Shown: piece by piece, positions 29,586 to 38,816 of the stretch | How positions within the stretch are numbered: position 1 is the stretch's first letter | Layout: the number at the start of each line of letters is the position of its first letter | NCBI GenBank assembly: GCA_050633305.1 | Contig: JBOEGF010000021.1 | Coordinates: 50,496 to 114,495, forward strand | Direction: 5' to 3' | DNA from: Nannocystales bacterium | GTDB lineage: Bacteria; Myxococcota_A; Polyangia; Nannocystales; Nannocystaceae | Length of the DNA stretch: 64,000 bases | Translations under genes and position numbers: made by a program | The notes under the pieces: model-generated | Seen by the model: the letters and a program-made list of their open reading frames with translations, nothing else | What the model was told of the DNA's origin: nothing | The model's database searches: none

Positions 29586-30266
29586 CTAGAAACGAGCGCC
29601 GCGCCCTGGAGTCCAGGCCGTGGCGTTTTCTCGTTTTCCCACGCCGCTGACCAAGATGAGGCGGACGACTCCAGCGGTGATAGCAGCGGTCGCGAGCACC
29701 CCGCAGACCACCGCCCCAGTCCGAGTCTTTCCGGATCGCTCGACCTTGCGTGCGTACTGAGCCTCGAGGTCTGCATCCTCGGCGAGCCGACGTTGTTGGG
29801 CGCTGTCAGCCGCCAAAACCAGCGTTGCGATTCCGGCGGCACCACCCACGGTGACCAGGGTCAGCCCGAGCCCGTCGCTTCGCCAACGCTCCGAGCGTTT
29901 GAGTGTGGAGTCGGGAGCGGGTGTTGGGTCCACCGCGGCAGGTGGAGGAGGTTGCTCGGTCTGCTCGAGGTCCTCTCCGCACCGCAGGGCGTTCTTTGCG
30001 GCCGCGTCTTTGGCCGCATCAGAGACCGGGAGCGCCGCGTATTCTCGGTACAGCGTGACCGCCCGAGTACAGTTGCCAGCACGCCGTTCCGACTGCGCCC
30101 ATCCGTAGAGGTAGTCCGGGTTGGGGTCGGCTTCGTACGCGGCGGCATAGGCGGCGCTCGCTTCGGCATAGTCGCCGAGGGTGTAGAGGTCGAGCGCACG
30201 TTGTGCCTCGTCTTCCGCGGCGCCGGGGCTGAGCAGGGCCAGCACGAGTGCGAATGCGGGTGTCAT
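29586..30266 (-). CDS. Secreted TPR protein with two C-terminal hydrophobic helices, ending GARF
   Basis: ATGA overlap with the kinase stop; TPR segment YTLGDYAEASAAYAAAYEADPNPDYLYGWAQSERRAGNC. Confidence 0.82.
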   Translation of the reverse strand: MTPAFALVLALLSPGAAEDEAQRALDLYTLGDYAEASAAYAAAYEADPNPDYLYGWAQSERRAGNCTRAVTLYREYAALPVSDAAKDAAAKNALRCGEDLEQTEQPPPPAAVDPTPAPDSTLKRSERWRSDGLGLTLVTVGGAAGIATLVLAADSAQQRRLAEDADLEAQYARKVERSGKTRTGAVVCGVLATAAITAGVVRLILVSGVGKRENATAWTPGRGARF

Positions 30267-31684
30267 TGTGGAGGTCGAGGCGCGTCGAGATCGTATCGCG
30301 GCGTCGCGGGGCGTGCCTTCTTGCGGCGGCGGCTTCGCCCCCGACGCCGTGGAGGTGGTGTGTGTTCCGCTTCGAGTGCCTCTTCGTCTTCCCACGGTTC
30401 GTCTACGACCTCCACCGGGTCGATCGGAGCGGCAGGCTCGACGGCCACCGCGGTCGAGGCGGCAGAGGCGGGAGGCGAAACGATGCCAGTCACCGGAGGT
30501 GGTTCGGCGACCGGAGCGGTCTGAACCGGTGCTGGAGACGCGACGGCGGGGGCAGCCACGGCCGGAGGTGGTCTCTCCTCGAGCTCGACGGAACCGCCTG
30601 CGAGGACCGCGGCCGCGATCAGACCTGTGACCGCGAGGGGGATGCCCACCGCTGCGGCGATCCAAGGGCCCCGGTTCCGAGGGCGGGGGGACGGCGGCGG
30701 GAGGGTCGCGGGGGTTGCTGGCGGTGTCGGAATCGCGGCGGCGGGCGGCAAGAAGGCGGGGTAGGGCTCCCATGGCACGAGCGCAGAAACCCATGCCGCC
30801 ACAACCTCGGTGCCCACCACGACCTGGTGGCGGGCGGCAAAGGCCTCCAGCGCGTCGGCGAGTTCGGCCGCGGTTTTGAAACGGTCTTCAGGGTCGCCCG
30901 CGAGTGCGGTGAGGACGATGGATTCGAGTGCAGAGGAGTAGGTTGGGTCGCGCTCGGAAGGGCGGACGAACTCGCCGCTGACGATCTGGTGCATCACGGC
31001 GTAGTCGTTCTCCGCGTAGAACAGCCGCTCTCCAAGCGTCGTCTCGTACAGCAGGACGCCCAGCGCGAACACATCGCTGCGGCGATCCATGGCCTCGGAC
31101 CGACACTGCTCCGGGGAGAGGTAGCCCATCTTCCCCTTCACCCCTCCGGCATCGGTGGTGCGAGTGTGGGCTGTTGCAGTCGCGACCCCGAAGTCGGTCA
31201 CCTTGACGGCGCCATCGTAGCCGACGAGAACATTGGACGGAGAGACGTCACGGTGGACGAAACCCGGTGCGCCTCCGTGTGGCCCGGGCCAGTCATGGAG
31301 GTGGTGCAGGCCGCGTGCTGCAGCGATCACGACGGACAACGCAGCGCCCAGCGAGGGCCGGACATCTTGCTCGCCCGAGGCGCGCAAGAGTTTGGCCAGG
31401 TCGGGCCCGTGCACATATTCCATCACCATGAAGTGGCGGCCGGTATCTCGGCCGTGGTCGAGCACCGAGACCAGGTTGGGATGACATAGTCCGCCGGCGA
31501 TCTTCAGTTCGCGGTGGAACATCTGCACGAAGCGCGGGTCGTCGGCGAAGTGCGGCAGGATGCACTTGAGCGCGTAGACAACACTGCGCGGGTCGCCTTG
31601 CGGCCGGGCCAGGTACACCTCCGCCATCCCGCCACGCCCGAGACGTTGCAGAAGGTCGTACCGCCCGATGTGCCCGATCGACAC
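30263..31684 (-). CDS. Single-pass membrane Ser/Thr protein kinase
   Basis: LGRGGMAEVY, YALK, HRDVSPSN, DFGVA, KGKMGYLSPEQ; TM helix and Pro/Ala-rich tail. Confidence 0.93.
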   Translation of the reverse strand: MSIGHIGRYDLLQRLGRGGMAEVYLARPQGDPRSVVYALKCILPHFADDPRFVQMFHRELKIAGGLCHPNLVSVLDHGRDTGRHFMVMEYVHGPDLAKLLRASGEQDVRPSLGAALSVVIAAARGLHHLHDWPGPHGGAPGFVHRDVSPSNVLVGYDGAVKVTDFGVATATAHTRTTDAGGVKGKMGYLSPEQCRSEAMDRRSDVFALGVLLYETTLGERLFYAENDYAVMHQIVSGEFVRPSERDPTYSSALESIVLTALAGDPEDRFKTAAELADALEAFAARHQVVVGTEVVAAWVSALVPWEPYPAFLPPAAAIPTPPATPATLPPPSPRPRNRGPWIAAAVGIPLAVTGLIAAAVLAGGSVELEERPPPAVAAPAVASPAPVQTAPVAEPPPVTGIVSPPASAASTAVAVEPAAPIDPVEVVDEPWEDEEALEAEHTPPPRRRGRSRRRKKARPATPRYDLDAPRPPQ

Positions 31685-31701
31685 CCTCTAGAGTGTACCG
31701 C

Positions 31702-32316
31702 TCAGGCCCCCGGGCGGGGCACCAACGAGCGCGTCCACGCGTCGAGTTGTTCCAGGACCCGGTCTCGAACGGCTCCCGGTTGGGTGAGCTCGATGATCTT
31801 GTCGTGAAGCACACTACGTGCGCGCGACAGGCGGGTCGTCACGGTGCTGACCGGGGTCTCGAGCACGGCGGCGATCTCCGGGCTGGACATGTCCTCCCAG
31901 TAGAACAATTCTACCGCGATCTGCTGGTCCGGCTTGAGCTGCGCATACGCCAAGAGGATCAGGTGGTGTTCCTGCCGGTTCGCGACGATCATCGACAGCG
32001 AGGTCCGGTGGGAAGGTCCGCCGAAGGCGACCTTCCGCTCGAACGCTTGGGCACGCGCGGAGGAGCGCAGCTGCCTCAGCAGGTGATTGCGGGCGATGCC
32101 GAACAAGTAGGACTTGAACGTGGCGTCGCCGCGAAACGAGTTGAGGTTCTCTTGGCACGCGAGGAACGTTCGCTGCGTGAGGTCTTCTGCCACCCGAGGA
32201 ACCTTCACGTCGAAGAACCGCCGCACGTTGGGGTAGTACCTCTGGACCAGGGCGCCACCGGCTGCTGCATCGCCGGCCTGCCATGCGGACAGGAGCGTGA
32301 GGTCGTCGGGTTCCAC
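31702..32316 (-). CDS. ECF RNA polymerase sigma factor
   Basis: AEDLTQRTFLAC...FRGDATFKSYLFGIARN; sigma4 region EIAAVLETPVSTVTTRLSRAR. Confidence 0.92.
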   Translation of the reverse strand: MEPDDLTLLSAWQAGDAAAGGALVQRYYPNVRRFFDVKVPRVAEDLTQRTFLACQENLNSFRGDATFKSYLFGIARNHLLRQLRSSARAQAFERKVAFGGPSHRTSLSMIVANRQEHHLILLAYAQLKPDQQIAVELFYWEDMSSPEIAAVLETPVSTVTTRLSRARSVLHDKIIELTQPGAVRDRVLEQLDAWTRSLVPRPGA

Positions 32317-32413
32317 GGCTGCGACGAGTATGCCGCTCGGCTGCCCGCGTTGCGAGCGGGTGGAACGCTGGTCGTTTCTGCATCCTCGTGAGCGAGGGGA
32401 GGCGCACCGAAAC

Positions 32414-34009
32414 TCACGGCGTGTAGCGGGCTACCCAGACGTCGTTGTCACCCGGCCGGGTCAGACGGCCTGCGATGGTGACCTCCCGCTCTTCGCCGAT
32501 GGCGAGGCTCTGGATTCGATCCGCGCCGTTGCCCGTCCCGTCGACGGGCACGATCGCCCACAAGCGCTGCCCCGCGGGGTCATACTTGGCGAGCCACGCA
32601 TCTTCGGTGTTCCCCGTGTTGAGAAAACCGCCGGCGACGATGTTGCCAAGCTCGTCGATCGCGACCGAGGTGAACTCGTCGCTCCCTTGCCCTGGGCCAG
32701 GTTCGCTCAGGACCCATGTCAGCGTACACGTCCCTGGTGCGTAGTAGCCGAGCCACGCGTCGAGCTCTTCTTCGGCTTCTCGGGTGACCCGACCTGCGGC
32801 AACGACCTCGCCCGCGGGCCCGACCGCGAGGGCGTGAATCCGGTCGTCGGCGCCCAGGGGGTCGTCCCCTCCGAGGTCCTCGCACGCAGGCTCGAGCGCC
32901 AATCCGTCCATGTCCAACGCGCGAAGGTGTCGGTCGAGGTCTCCTTCGACGGCTTCGAGCGCACCCCCGACGACAATGCGGCCGGCTGGGTCCCAGACCA
33001 CCGTATTCGCGAAGTCGCGCGCGGCGATTCCTCCGTCAAACGCTTGGGCCCAGATGGTCTCCAGCTGGAACCCGCCTTTCTTGTCCGTCACGACGCCGAA
33101 TCGGGTGACGCCAAAGTCAGAGTTGGTCGTATCGCCGACTCGGCCGGCGACGACGAGGTCGCCGTCGGGGAGCACGGCCAGCCCGTAACCTCGCTCGGCA
33201 CTGGGCGCGATCGCACCGCGAATGAACGCCCAGTTCGTACTCCCCGTGTTGACGTCGAACTCGGCCAGCCAGTAGTCCTCGCGCGGAGTGAGGCCTTTCT
33301 CGGCGACCAGGTTGATCACCTGCCCCAGAGCGCGGACGTTTCCCGAGGGGGACGCCTGGACCTGAAAAATGGCGTCGGTACGCTCCGCCGAGCCCAGCAG
33401 CGGCTGACGCCAACGCTCGAGACCGTCTATATCGTAGCGTGCCACGAACCCATCACGGTTCGGACTCTCTCCGACCAAGCCCGACACCACGACTCCACCG
33501 TCGTCGGTGAGCATCACGCTTCGCGCCTCGTCGGGTCCGTCGAGCTGCGAGGTGAAGCTGAACAGCTGCGTCCCGGACGGGCGGCAGTCCGGGTTGCACC
33601 CGTTGCCCTCCAGCGCGTCGCCGTCGTCGCACAGCTCGCCGACTTCGACGTCCCCATTGCCGCACGCGGACGGAGGAGCACCGGTTGTTGTGCTCGAACC
33701 CGCGGAGGTCGGCTCGGAGCTTGCGGTCGGGTCACCACTCGACGAGCTGTCGGCGACGGTCGTGACCGAAGGGCCCTGAGGGACCACGCATTCTTCGGTC
33801 CAGGGTTGCGGTGCGTGTTCGCTGTAGCGGTATCCGCTGGAACACGATGGGTCGGCGTAGCCGCACGCGTTTGCGGCGAAGCATCGCCCTGCGGCTCCGC
33901 CCCGGTCCACGCACTGCTCGTCGCTGGAGCACGCAAAACCGGACGGTTCGCGGCAACCAGAGGCCGCCGCGAGAAGCATCCCAGCAGTGATGCCGACCGA
34001 GACTCGCAT
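32414..34009 (-). CDS. Lipoprotein with myxobacterial Cys-rich repeat and beta-propeller-like region
   Basis: Lipobox ASGC; CSSDEQC segment; CGNGDVEVGELCDDGDALEGNGCNPDC repeat; repeated D..G.xVVAG and DAWLAKY motifs. Confidence 0.85.
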   Translation of the reverse strand: MRVSVGITAGMLLAAASGCREPSGFACSSDEQCVDRGGAAGRCFAANACGYADPSCSSGYRYSEHAPQPWTEECVVPQGPSVTTVADSSSSGDPTASSEPTSAGSSTTTGAPPSACGNGDVEVGELCDDGDALEGNGCNPDCRPSGTQLFSFTSQLDGPDEARSVMLTDDGGVVVSGLVGESPNRDGFVARYDIDGLERWRQPLLGSAERTDAIFQVQASPSGNVRALGQVINLVAEKGLTPREDYWLAEFDVNTGSTNWAFIRGAIAPSAERGYGLAVLPDGDLVVAGRVGDTTNSDFGVTRFGVVTDKKGGFQLETIWAQAFDGGIAARDFANTVVWDPAGRIVVGGALEAVEGDLDRHLRALDMDGLALEPACEDLGGDDPLGADDRIHALAVGPAGEVVAAGRVTREAEEELDAWLGYYAPGTCTLTWVLSEPGPGQGSDEFTSVAIDELGNIVAGGFLNTGNTEDAWLAKYDPAGQRLWAIVPVDGTGNGADRIQSLAIGEEREVTIAGRLTRPGDNDVWVARYTP

Positions 34010-34039
34010 CTCGACATCAGTGTACCGGATCCACCCCGG

Positions 34040-35077
34040 TCAAAGGCGGATTGCTGAGTCGCTCGACTCGCGTCTCGCCTTCTTTTCGATCTCCCACGCG
34101 CGCCCGATGCTGTCCTCGACGACCAAGAAGGGCTCTTCGGAGAACACGTAGCGCTTCTTACCGTTCGCCTCCTCCTCCTTGGGCTTGCCCCAGGCGTTCT
34201 CCATCGCCTTCATCAGCCGCTTGTCGCCGCCGGCCTCCCCCTCGTAGGGGACCGTGAACCGGACCGCGATGACTTGCCCTGTGGTCTTGTCGAACGTCGG
34301 CCACACGGTGGTGGTGTAGGACTCCAGTTCGGTGGGCAGCAGGTGAATGTCGGTACTCGCCTGCGCATCACCCAGCTGGTCGACCGCGTCCCCGAAAAAT
34401 TTGCGCATTTGGGTGCGCTTCTTCTCGGCTTGCTCCTTCGTCAGCTTTTGGAGCACACCGCCGTAGTGCTCAGAGAGTCCGGCGAGATCCAGCCCGAGGA
34501 GAGGCTGGGTCTCGAACCCGAACGCCTTCACGCTTGTCCCGATCAAGGTCTCGAAGGGTAGGTACGCCGAGTATTCGATGTCCTTGCGGCCGTCTCCGAA
34601 CCCGTCCTTCAGGGTTGCGCGCAGGCCATTCTCCGGGTTGAACCACGAGTAGACGCTTGTGCTGAGTTCCTTCACCTCGCGCGGGGTCCCCCAAGCCTTC
34701 GTGAGGGCGGCTTGGAGTTCGTCGCCGCGGTCGGGGACGGTGAGGCGAACGTTGACGAGGACCTTCGTCGGTCCGCGCTGCGTGGTGAACGAGCCCACCA
34801 TGACCTCTCCTTCGTACGCCTCGAGGTCGACAAGCTTGGTGGTGATTCCGGCGAGGACCTTCTCCGCGGCACGCTCGGGGGCACCGAACTCGAGTGCTGC
34901 GAGCGGAGGGGGCAGTTCCACGTTCGAACCCGGGAACAGGTCAGAGACCGGCTTCTTGGGCGCTGGTCTCGCATGGGCTTGCACCGCAGCCCCATCCTTC
35001 GCGCTGTTGCTCGCGTCACAAGCTCCGAGGAGCCCCGCGCACACAGCGATCCAACGGAATTGTGTCCTGCGAAGCAT
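34040..35077 (-). CDS. Hypothetical lipoprotein
   Basis: Lipobox LGAC; internal repeat (LTKAWGTP / MENAWGKP); good codon bias. Confidence 0.75.
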   Translation of the reverse strand: MLRRTQFRWIAVCAGLLGACDASNSAKDGAAVQAHARPAPKKPVSDLFPGSNVELPPPLAALEFGAPERAAEKVLAGITTKLVDLEAYEGEVMVGSFTTQRGPTKVLVNVRLTVPDRGDELQAALTKAWGTPREVKELSTSVYSWFNPENGLRATLKDGFGDGRKDIEYSAYLPFETLIGTSVKAFGFETQPLLGLDLAGLSEHYGGVLQKLTKEQAEKKRTQMRKFFGDAVDQLGDAQASTDIHLLPTELESYTTTVWPTFDKTTGQVIAVRFTVPYEGEAGGDKRLMKAMENAWGKPKEEEANGKKRYVFSEEPFLVVEDSIGRAWEIEKKARRESSDSAIRL

Positions 35078-35186
35078 GTCGACCTTGGAAGACGAAAGAC
35101 GTTGTCCACTGTCGTGGCCCCGTCGGAGATTTACGAGTTCGAACGGCTAACTGGCAGAAATCTATTCGGTTTTTTGGGCCATATAA

Positions 35187-35210
35187 GCGGTCGACTCAGG
35201 AGTCGACCGC
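35187..35210. repeat. Perfect 10-bp inverted repeat GCGGTCGACT-CAGG-AGTCGACCGC in a divergent intergenic region
   Basis: Read directly from the sequence. Confidence 0.85.
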
Positions 35211-35443
35211 ACAGAGCAAGACCTCCTTGCAGGCGGATGAGATCGATGGGGTTGTCTTGGCGGTGGCGGCACGGAGATGTTCATGAGTGCGTCTGGAGGA
35301 CGACAAGCTGGAGCCCGCAGGCGTTGGTCGACCGAGTCGTTCGGCGAAAGCCTGGGGTAGGGCGTTCGTTGTGACCACCTGCCCAAGCGTTTAACTCGGA
35401 GCTGGTTGTGGGAAGGGCCGCAGTTGCGTAAGCCAACACATGC

Positions 35444-36436
35444 ATGCTCGCGTGGGCGTTGATGTTGAGCCTGATGGGGGGCGAGCTGCGGTGGCAAGCG
35501 CCGGTGGACCAATGCCCGTCGGCAAAGATGGTTCGCGCGCAGATCGATGCCGCCGGAGGGCTCGGTGAGCTTCAGGTGGACGCGGTCGTCACGGCCGAGC
35601 CATCGGGCCAGTGGATGCTGGTTCTCACGACCGTGCTCGACGACGTCTCGGATGCGCGAACCTTTCGCGACGCGAACTGCGCTGCGCTTGCGGAGGCTGC
35701 GGTTTTGCTCGTCGCGACACGCCTGGATCTGGAGCGCGCCGAGTCCTCATCTCCGGGCCGAACCCCTCCCCTCGTGGAGCCTCCTCCCTCGGGCTCACCG
35801 CAGAGCGCCCCGACCCGCGCGGGTGACCCCGGCGAACCCCCGGTCGCTCCTGAACAGCGCCGGGTACAACCGTCGCTGGAGACGCGCGAGCCAGCGTTCA
35901 CCCTGCCCGCGGGTTGGACGTTTGCCGTGGCCGCGGGACTCAGCCAAGGAACTGTCCCCACACCGGGCGTGCCCTCCGAGCTGGCGATGGGTCATGCATG
36001 GCCGATGGTTCGCCTGTCGTTGCGTGGCCGCGTGCATGTGGGAGCCTTGGATGGGCTTGGCGAGACGGGGAGTATTCGGATTGTCCTCGGGACCGTGGGC
36101 CCCGGGGTATGCGCCCGGGCCACGTGGCGACGGCTGGAGTTCCCGCTGTGTGCTGAGCTCGGCGTTGGGGGGAGCCGCGCGGTGACCCGTGGTTCCGCCC
36201 GCGATCGCGGGGGGTTGTGGGTCGAGGCAGGGTTGGGAGGCGGGCTTGCGTGGTTCGTCGACCCGCGGTGGAGTCTGACCGCGCACTTCGCGGGGACGAC
36301 TCCGCTTGTCGGGAGCGGGTACGCGCTGGGGGACGCCGAACTGTGGAACCCCGGGCCGATCGCCGGTCGCGTCATGCTGGGCGTAGAGTTTCTGGTGCCG
36401 ATCCAGATTGGCAGTCGGCCGGAGAAGTCCCAGTAG
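35444..36436 (+). CDS. Secreted, probably outer-membrane, hypothetical protein
   Basis: Signal peptide; N-domain WQAPVDQCPS...CAALAEAAVLLVA; Pro-rich linker; C-terminal amphipathic beta-strand-like segments. Confidence 0.75.
   Translation: MLAWALMLSLMGGELRWQAPVDQCPSAKMVRAQIDAAGGLGELQVDAVVTAEPSGQWMLVLTTVLDDVSDARTFRDANCAALAEAAVLLVATRLDLERAESSSPGRTPPLVEPPPSGSPQSAPTRAGDPGEPPVAPEQRRVQPSLETREPAFTLPAGWTFAVAAGLSQGTVPTPGVPSELAMGHAWPMVRLSLRGRVHVGALDGLGETGSIRIVLGTVGPGVCARATWRRLEFPLCAELGVGGSRAVTRGSARDRGGLWVEAGLGGGLAWFVDPRWSLTAHFAGTTPLVGSGYALGDAELWNPGPIAGRVMLGVEFLVPIQIGSRPEKSQ
36398..36427 (+). promoter_or_regulatory. Putative ECF-dependent promoter motif, copy 1 (CCGATCCA-N12-GCCGGAGAAG)
   Basis: The same bipartite motif with identical spacing recurs at 37580-37609; this copy ends 12 nt before the ECF start codon. 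Confidence 0.55.
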
Positions 36437-36439
36437 TCG

Positions 36440-37627
36440 ATGCTTCACGCTCCCGAGCTCCGCGCGTTCGAGCGCACCTACCGGACCGAGGGCCCGTTCG
36501 TGGCCACGGTCCTTGGGAGGCTCGCGGTCCCCACCGAGGCTGTGCACGATGCGGTTCAGGACGTCTTCGTTGCAGCGTATCGGCGCTGGGCCGACTTCGA
36601 CACGACCCGGCCGGTGCGGCCGTGGCTCACGGCGTTCGCGCACCGCGTCGCGTTTCGGTACCGACGCAGCCAGGCTCGTCGGGATCGAAAGCGGGCTGCG
36701 CTGCGTCATGTCCACCCTCGCGTGGAGCGTTCCGGGGTGCAGCGTGTCGACGCGCGGTCGTTCTTGACCCGGTTCCTCGGGACACTGGACGACGGACATC
36801 GACGGACGTTCCTGCTGTGCGAACTTGAGGGGCGCACGGCTCCCGAGGCGGCAAGGGTGCTGGGGATCTCCAGCGAGGCTGTGTACGGCCGTGTCCGCAG
36901 CGTTCGCAAGCGGTTGCACCGGGCGTTGATGGAAGACGCGCGTCAGCCCGACGCTCGTGCAGCCGGCCTCATCCCGCCGTGGAGTCTGTTGCTACCGCAG
37001 CTCGGTCTGAGTGCGACGACGGCGGGGCTTGGGCTTTCGTTGGGTGCGCTCAAGGTGTTTGCCGTGACAGTGCTCGTGGGAACGGTTGGGGTGGTGGGGG
37101 CGGCAACGCTCGGCTCACCCGCGGCCGCCGAGCAGACGCCGCGGGTCAAGACCGACGCACTGGATCCGATGCCCGAGATTGTTGTCCCGGCTTCGGTGGC
37201 CGCCTTCGAGGAGCCCCGAGCGGGGTTGGTCGCAGCAGCGCGTCCCGCCACCGAGCGTCGTGTTTCGAGGCCATCTCCATCGCCGAAGGCGGAGCCGCTC
37301 CCCGTTCAGCCTCACTCGAGTCTGCAGGCCGAGGCGGCGCTGTTGAAGAAGGCCAAGTCCTCTCAGCGAGCGGGCCGCCTCGAAGATGCACTGGCAACCC
37401 TCGAGCAGCATGCCGAACGGTTCCCCGAGGGGCAGCTTGCCGATGGACGTCGCCGAGCCCGTATTCGGGTGTTGTGCGACCTCGGCCGGACGGCGCAAGC
37501 CCGCGGCGAAGCCAAGCTCCTGGCGCGAACGTCTCCCGGTGATCCGCTCGCGGTTCAGGCGCTCTCAATTTGCACGGCCCCGATCCAATCCAAGGGCTCG
37601 CCGGAGAAGAGACAAGTACAACCATGA
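36440..37627 (+). CDS. ECF sigma factor fused to a TM helix and an extracytoplasmic TPR-like domain
   Basis: Sigma2 HDAVQDVF...VRPWLTAFAHRV; sigma4 ELEGRTAPEAARVLGISSEAVYGRV; TM helix LKVFAVTVLVGTVGVVGAATL; C-terminal ALATLEQHAERFPEGQLA...LCDLGR. Confidence 0.88.
   Translation: MLHAPELRAFERTYRTEGPFVATVLGRLAVPTEAVHDAVQDVFVAAYRRWADFDTTRPVRPWLTAFAHRVAFRYRRSQARRDRKRAALRHVHPRVERSGVQRVDARSFLTRFLGTLDDGHRRTFLLCELEGRTAPEAARVLGISSEAVYGRVRSVRKRLHRALMEDARQPDARAAGLIPPWSLLLPQLGLSATTAGLGLSLGALKVFAVTVLVGTVGVVGAATLGSPAAAEQTPRVKTDALDPMPEIVVPASVAAFEEPRAGLVAAARPATERRVSRPSPSPKAEPLPVQPHSSLQAEAALLKKAKSSQRAGRLEDALATLEQHAERFPEGQLADGRRRARIRVLCDLGRTAQARGEAKLLARTSPGDPLAVQALSICTAPIQSKGSPEKRQVQP
37580..37609 (+). promoter_or_regulatory. 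Putative ECF-dependent promoter motif, copy 2
   Basis: CCGATCCA-N12-GCCGGAGAAG ending 14 nt before ATG 37624. Confidence 0.55.
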
Positions 37628-38412
37628 AAACTCCGACGCTCTTGTTTTCCGTTTCGTTGTCTCTCGTCGCCGCCGGCTGCATCGATATCAAGGACGTCGG
37701 CGTGGAGTCTGACGCGAGCAGTGGCGGGTCCACGTCTGATGCGTCCGGGGCCTCGATGACCTCCGGCGAGTCGGAGACCTCCAAGACCACCAGCCTCCCC
37801 ACCGATACTGTGACCGCTTCGGGGACCGCCTCGGTGACCGCTTCGGTGACCGCTTCGGTGACCGATTCAGGGACGACAACGACACAAGGAGGAAGCGAGA
37901 CGGGCGTGGGCTCCATGGAGACGGCGACAGACTCGGCTGGCCTGACGGACACTGCCGGAGGGAGCGAGTCTTCGACGGGGACGGGGTCGGACACTGACGG
38001 TGGCCAAGACGAAGAGGGACTCTGCGAGGCCAGCGGAGGCATCTGGGACCCGGCCTCCTGTGGTCACTACACCTGCGGGCTCTTCCCCGATTGCCAGGCC
38101 GTCGTCCCAGGTTGTGACTGCGGCGAGCATCGAAACTTCGTCGAGGACATCGGCTGCCAACTCGACAGCGAATGCGATGCCTACGAGTTCGAATGCATGG
38201 GACTGAGCTGCGCTGCGCCGGCCCAGTACTGCGACATCGTGGTGCCTGGGATCCCGAAGGCGCCGTTCATCATCGGCTGTCCTGGCGTTCCTGAGGCGTG
38301 CGCCGACGACTATTCGTGCGAGTGCCTGGAAGCCGAGGGGCTTGTCGAGAAGGGCGCCTCGTGTGAGGCCGACGAGGAGGGTGGCCTCCGTGTTGTGTTC
38401 AACGCTCCGTAG
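37624..38412 (+). CDS. Cys-rich lipoprotein with Thr/Ser linker
   Basis: Lipobox AAGC; (VTAS)-type 12-bp repeats near 37810-37869; Cys-rich C-terminus; ATGA overlap with the ECF gene. Confidence 0.85.
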   Translation: MKTPTLLFSVSLSLVAAGCIDIKDVGVESDASSGGSTSDASGASMTSGESETSKTTSLPTDTVTASGTASVTASVTASVTDSGTTTTQGGSETGVGSMETATDSAGLTDTAGGSESSTGTGSDTDGGQDEEGLCEASGGIWDPASCGHYTCGLFPDCQAVVPGCDCGEHRNFVEDIGCQLDSECDAYEFECMGLSCAAPAQYCDIVVPGIPKAPFIIGCPGVPEACADDYSCECLEAEGLVEKGASCEADEEGGLRVVFNAP

Positions 38413-38471
38413 CCAGGGGTCGCGCTGACCGTTCCTGCGGCTACACTCCGGCACCGAAGGGTCGCCGAACC

Positions 38472-38804
38472 ATGCCGCAGATTCACGTCATCAACGCCAT
38501 CGAGGTTCCTGCCGAGATGGACGAGGTCGCCCGTCAAGTCCGAGACACCTACGTTCGCTACTTCAGCGAACAACCCGGCTTCGTGGGGTCGACCTTCTAC
38601 AAGGCCCTCGACAGCGGGTCGTCCTACTCCTACATCAACGTCGTCGTGTGGGAGTCGCAGGAGGCGTTCGATGCGGTCGTCAACGCGGGCTTCAACAACG
38701 ACGAGGGGGAGAACGACGATGGCCTGAAGGTCCTGGGCAAGGGCTTTCCTCCGCCGATCGTCGTTCACCCGGGTCGATACGAGGTCATTCGCTCATCCTC
38801 GTGA
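38472..38804 (+). CDS. Antibiotic biosynthesis monooxygenase (ABM) family protein
   Basis: VINAIEVP...QPGFVGSTFYKA...YINVVVWESQEAF. Confidence 0.85.
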   Translation: MPQIHVINAIEVPAEMDEVARQVRDTYVRYFSEQPGFVGSTFYKALDSGSSYSYINVVVWESQEAFDAVVNAGFNNDEGENDDGLKVLGKGFPPPIVVHPGRYEVIRSSS

Positions 38805-38816
38805 TGGCCCGCGGCG

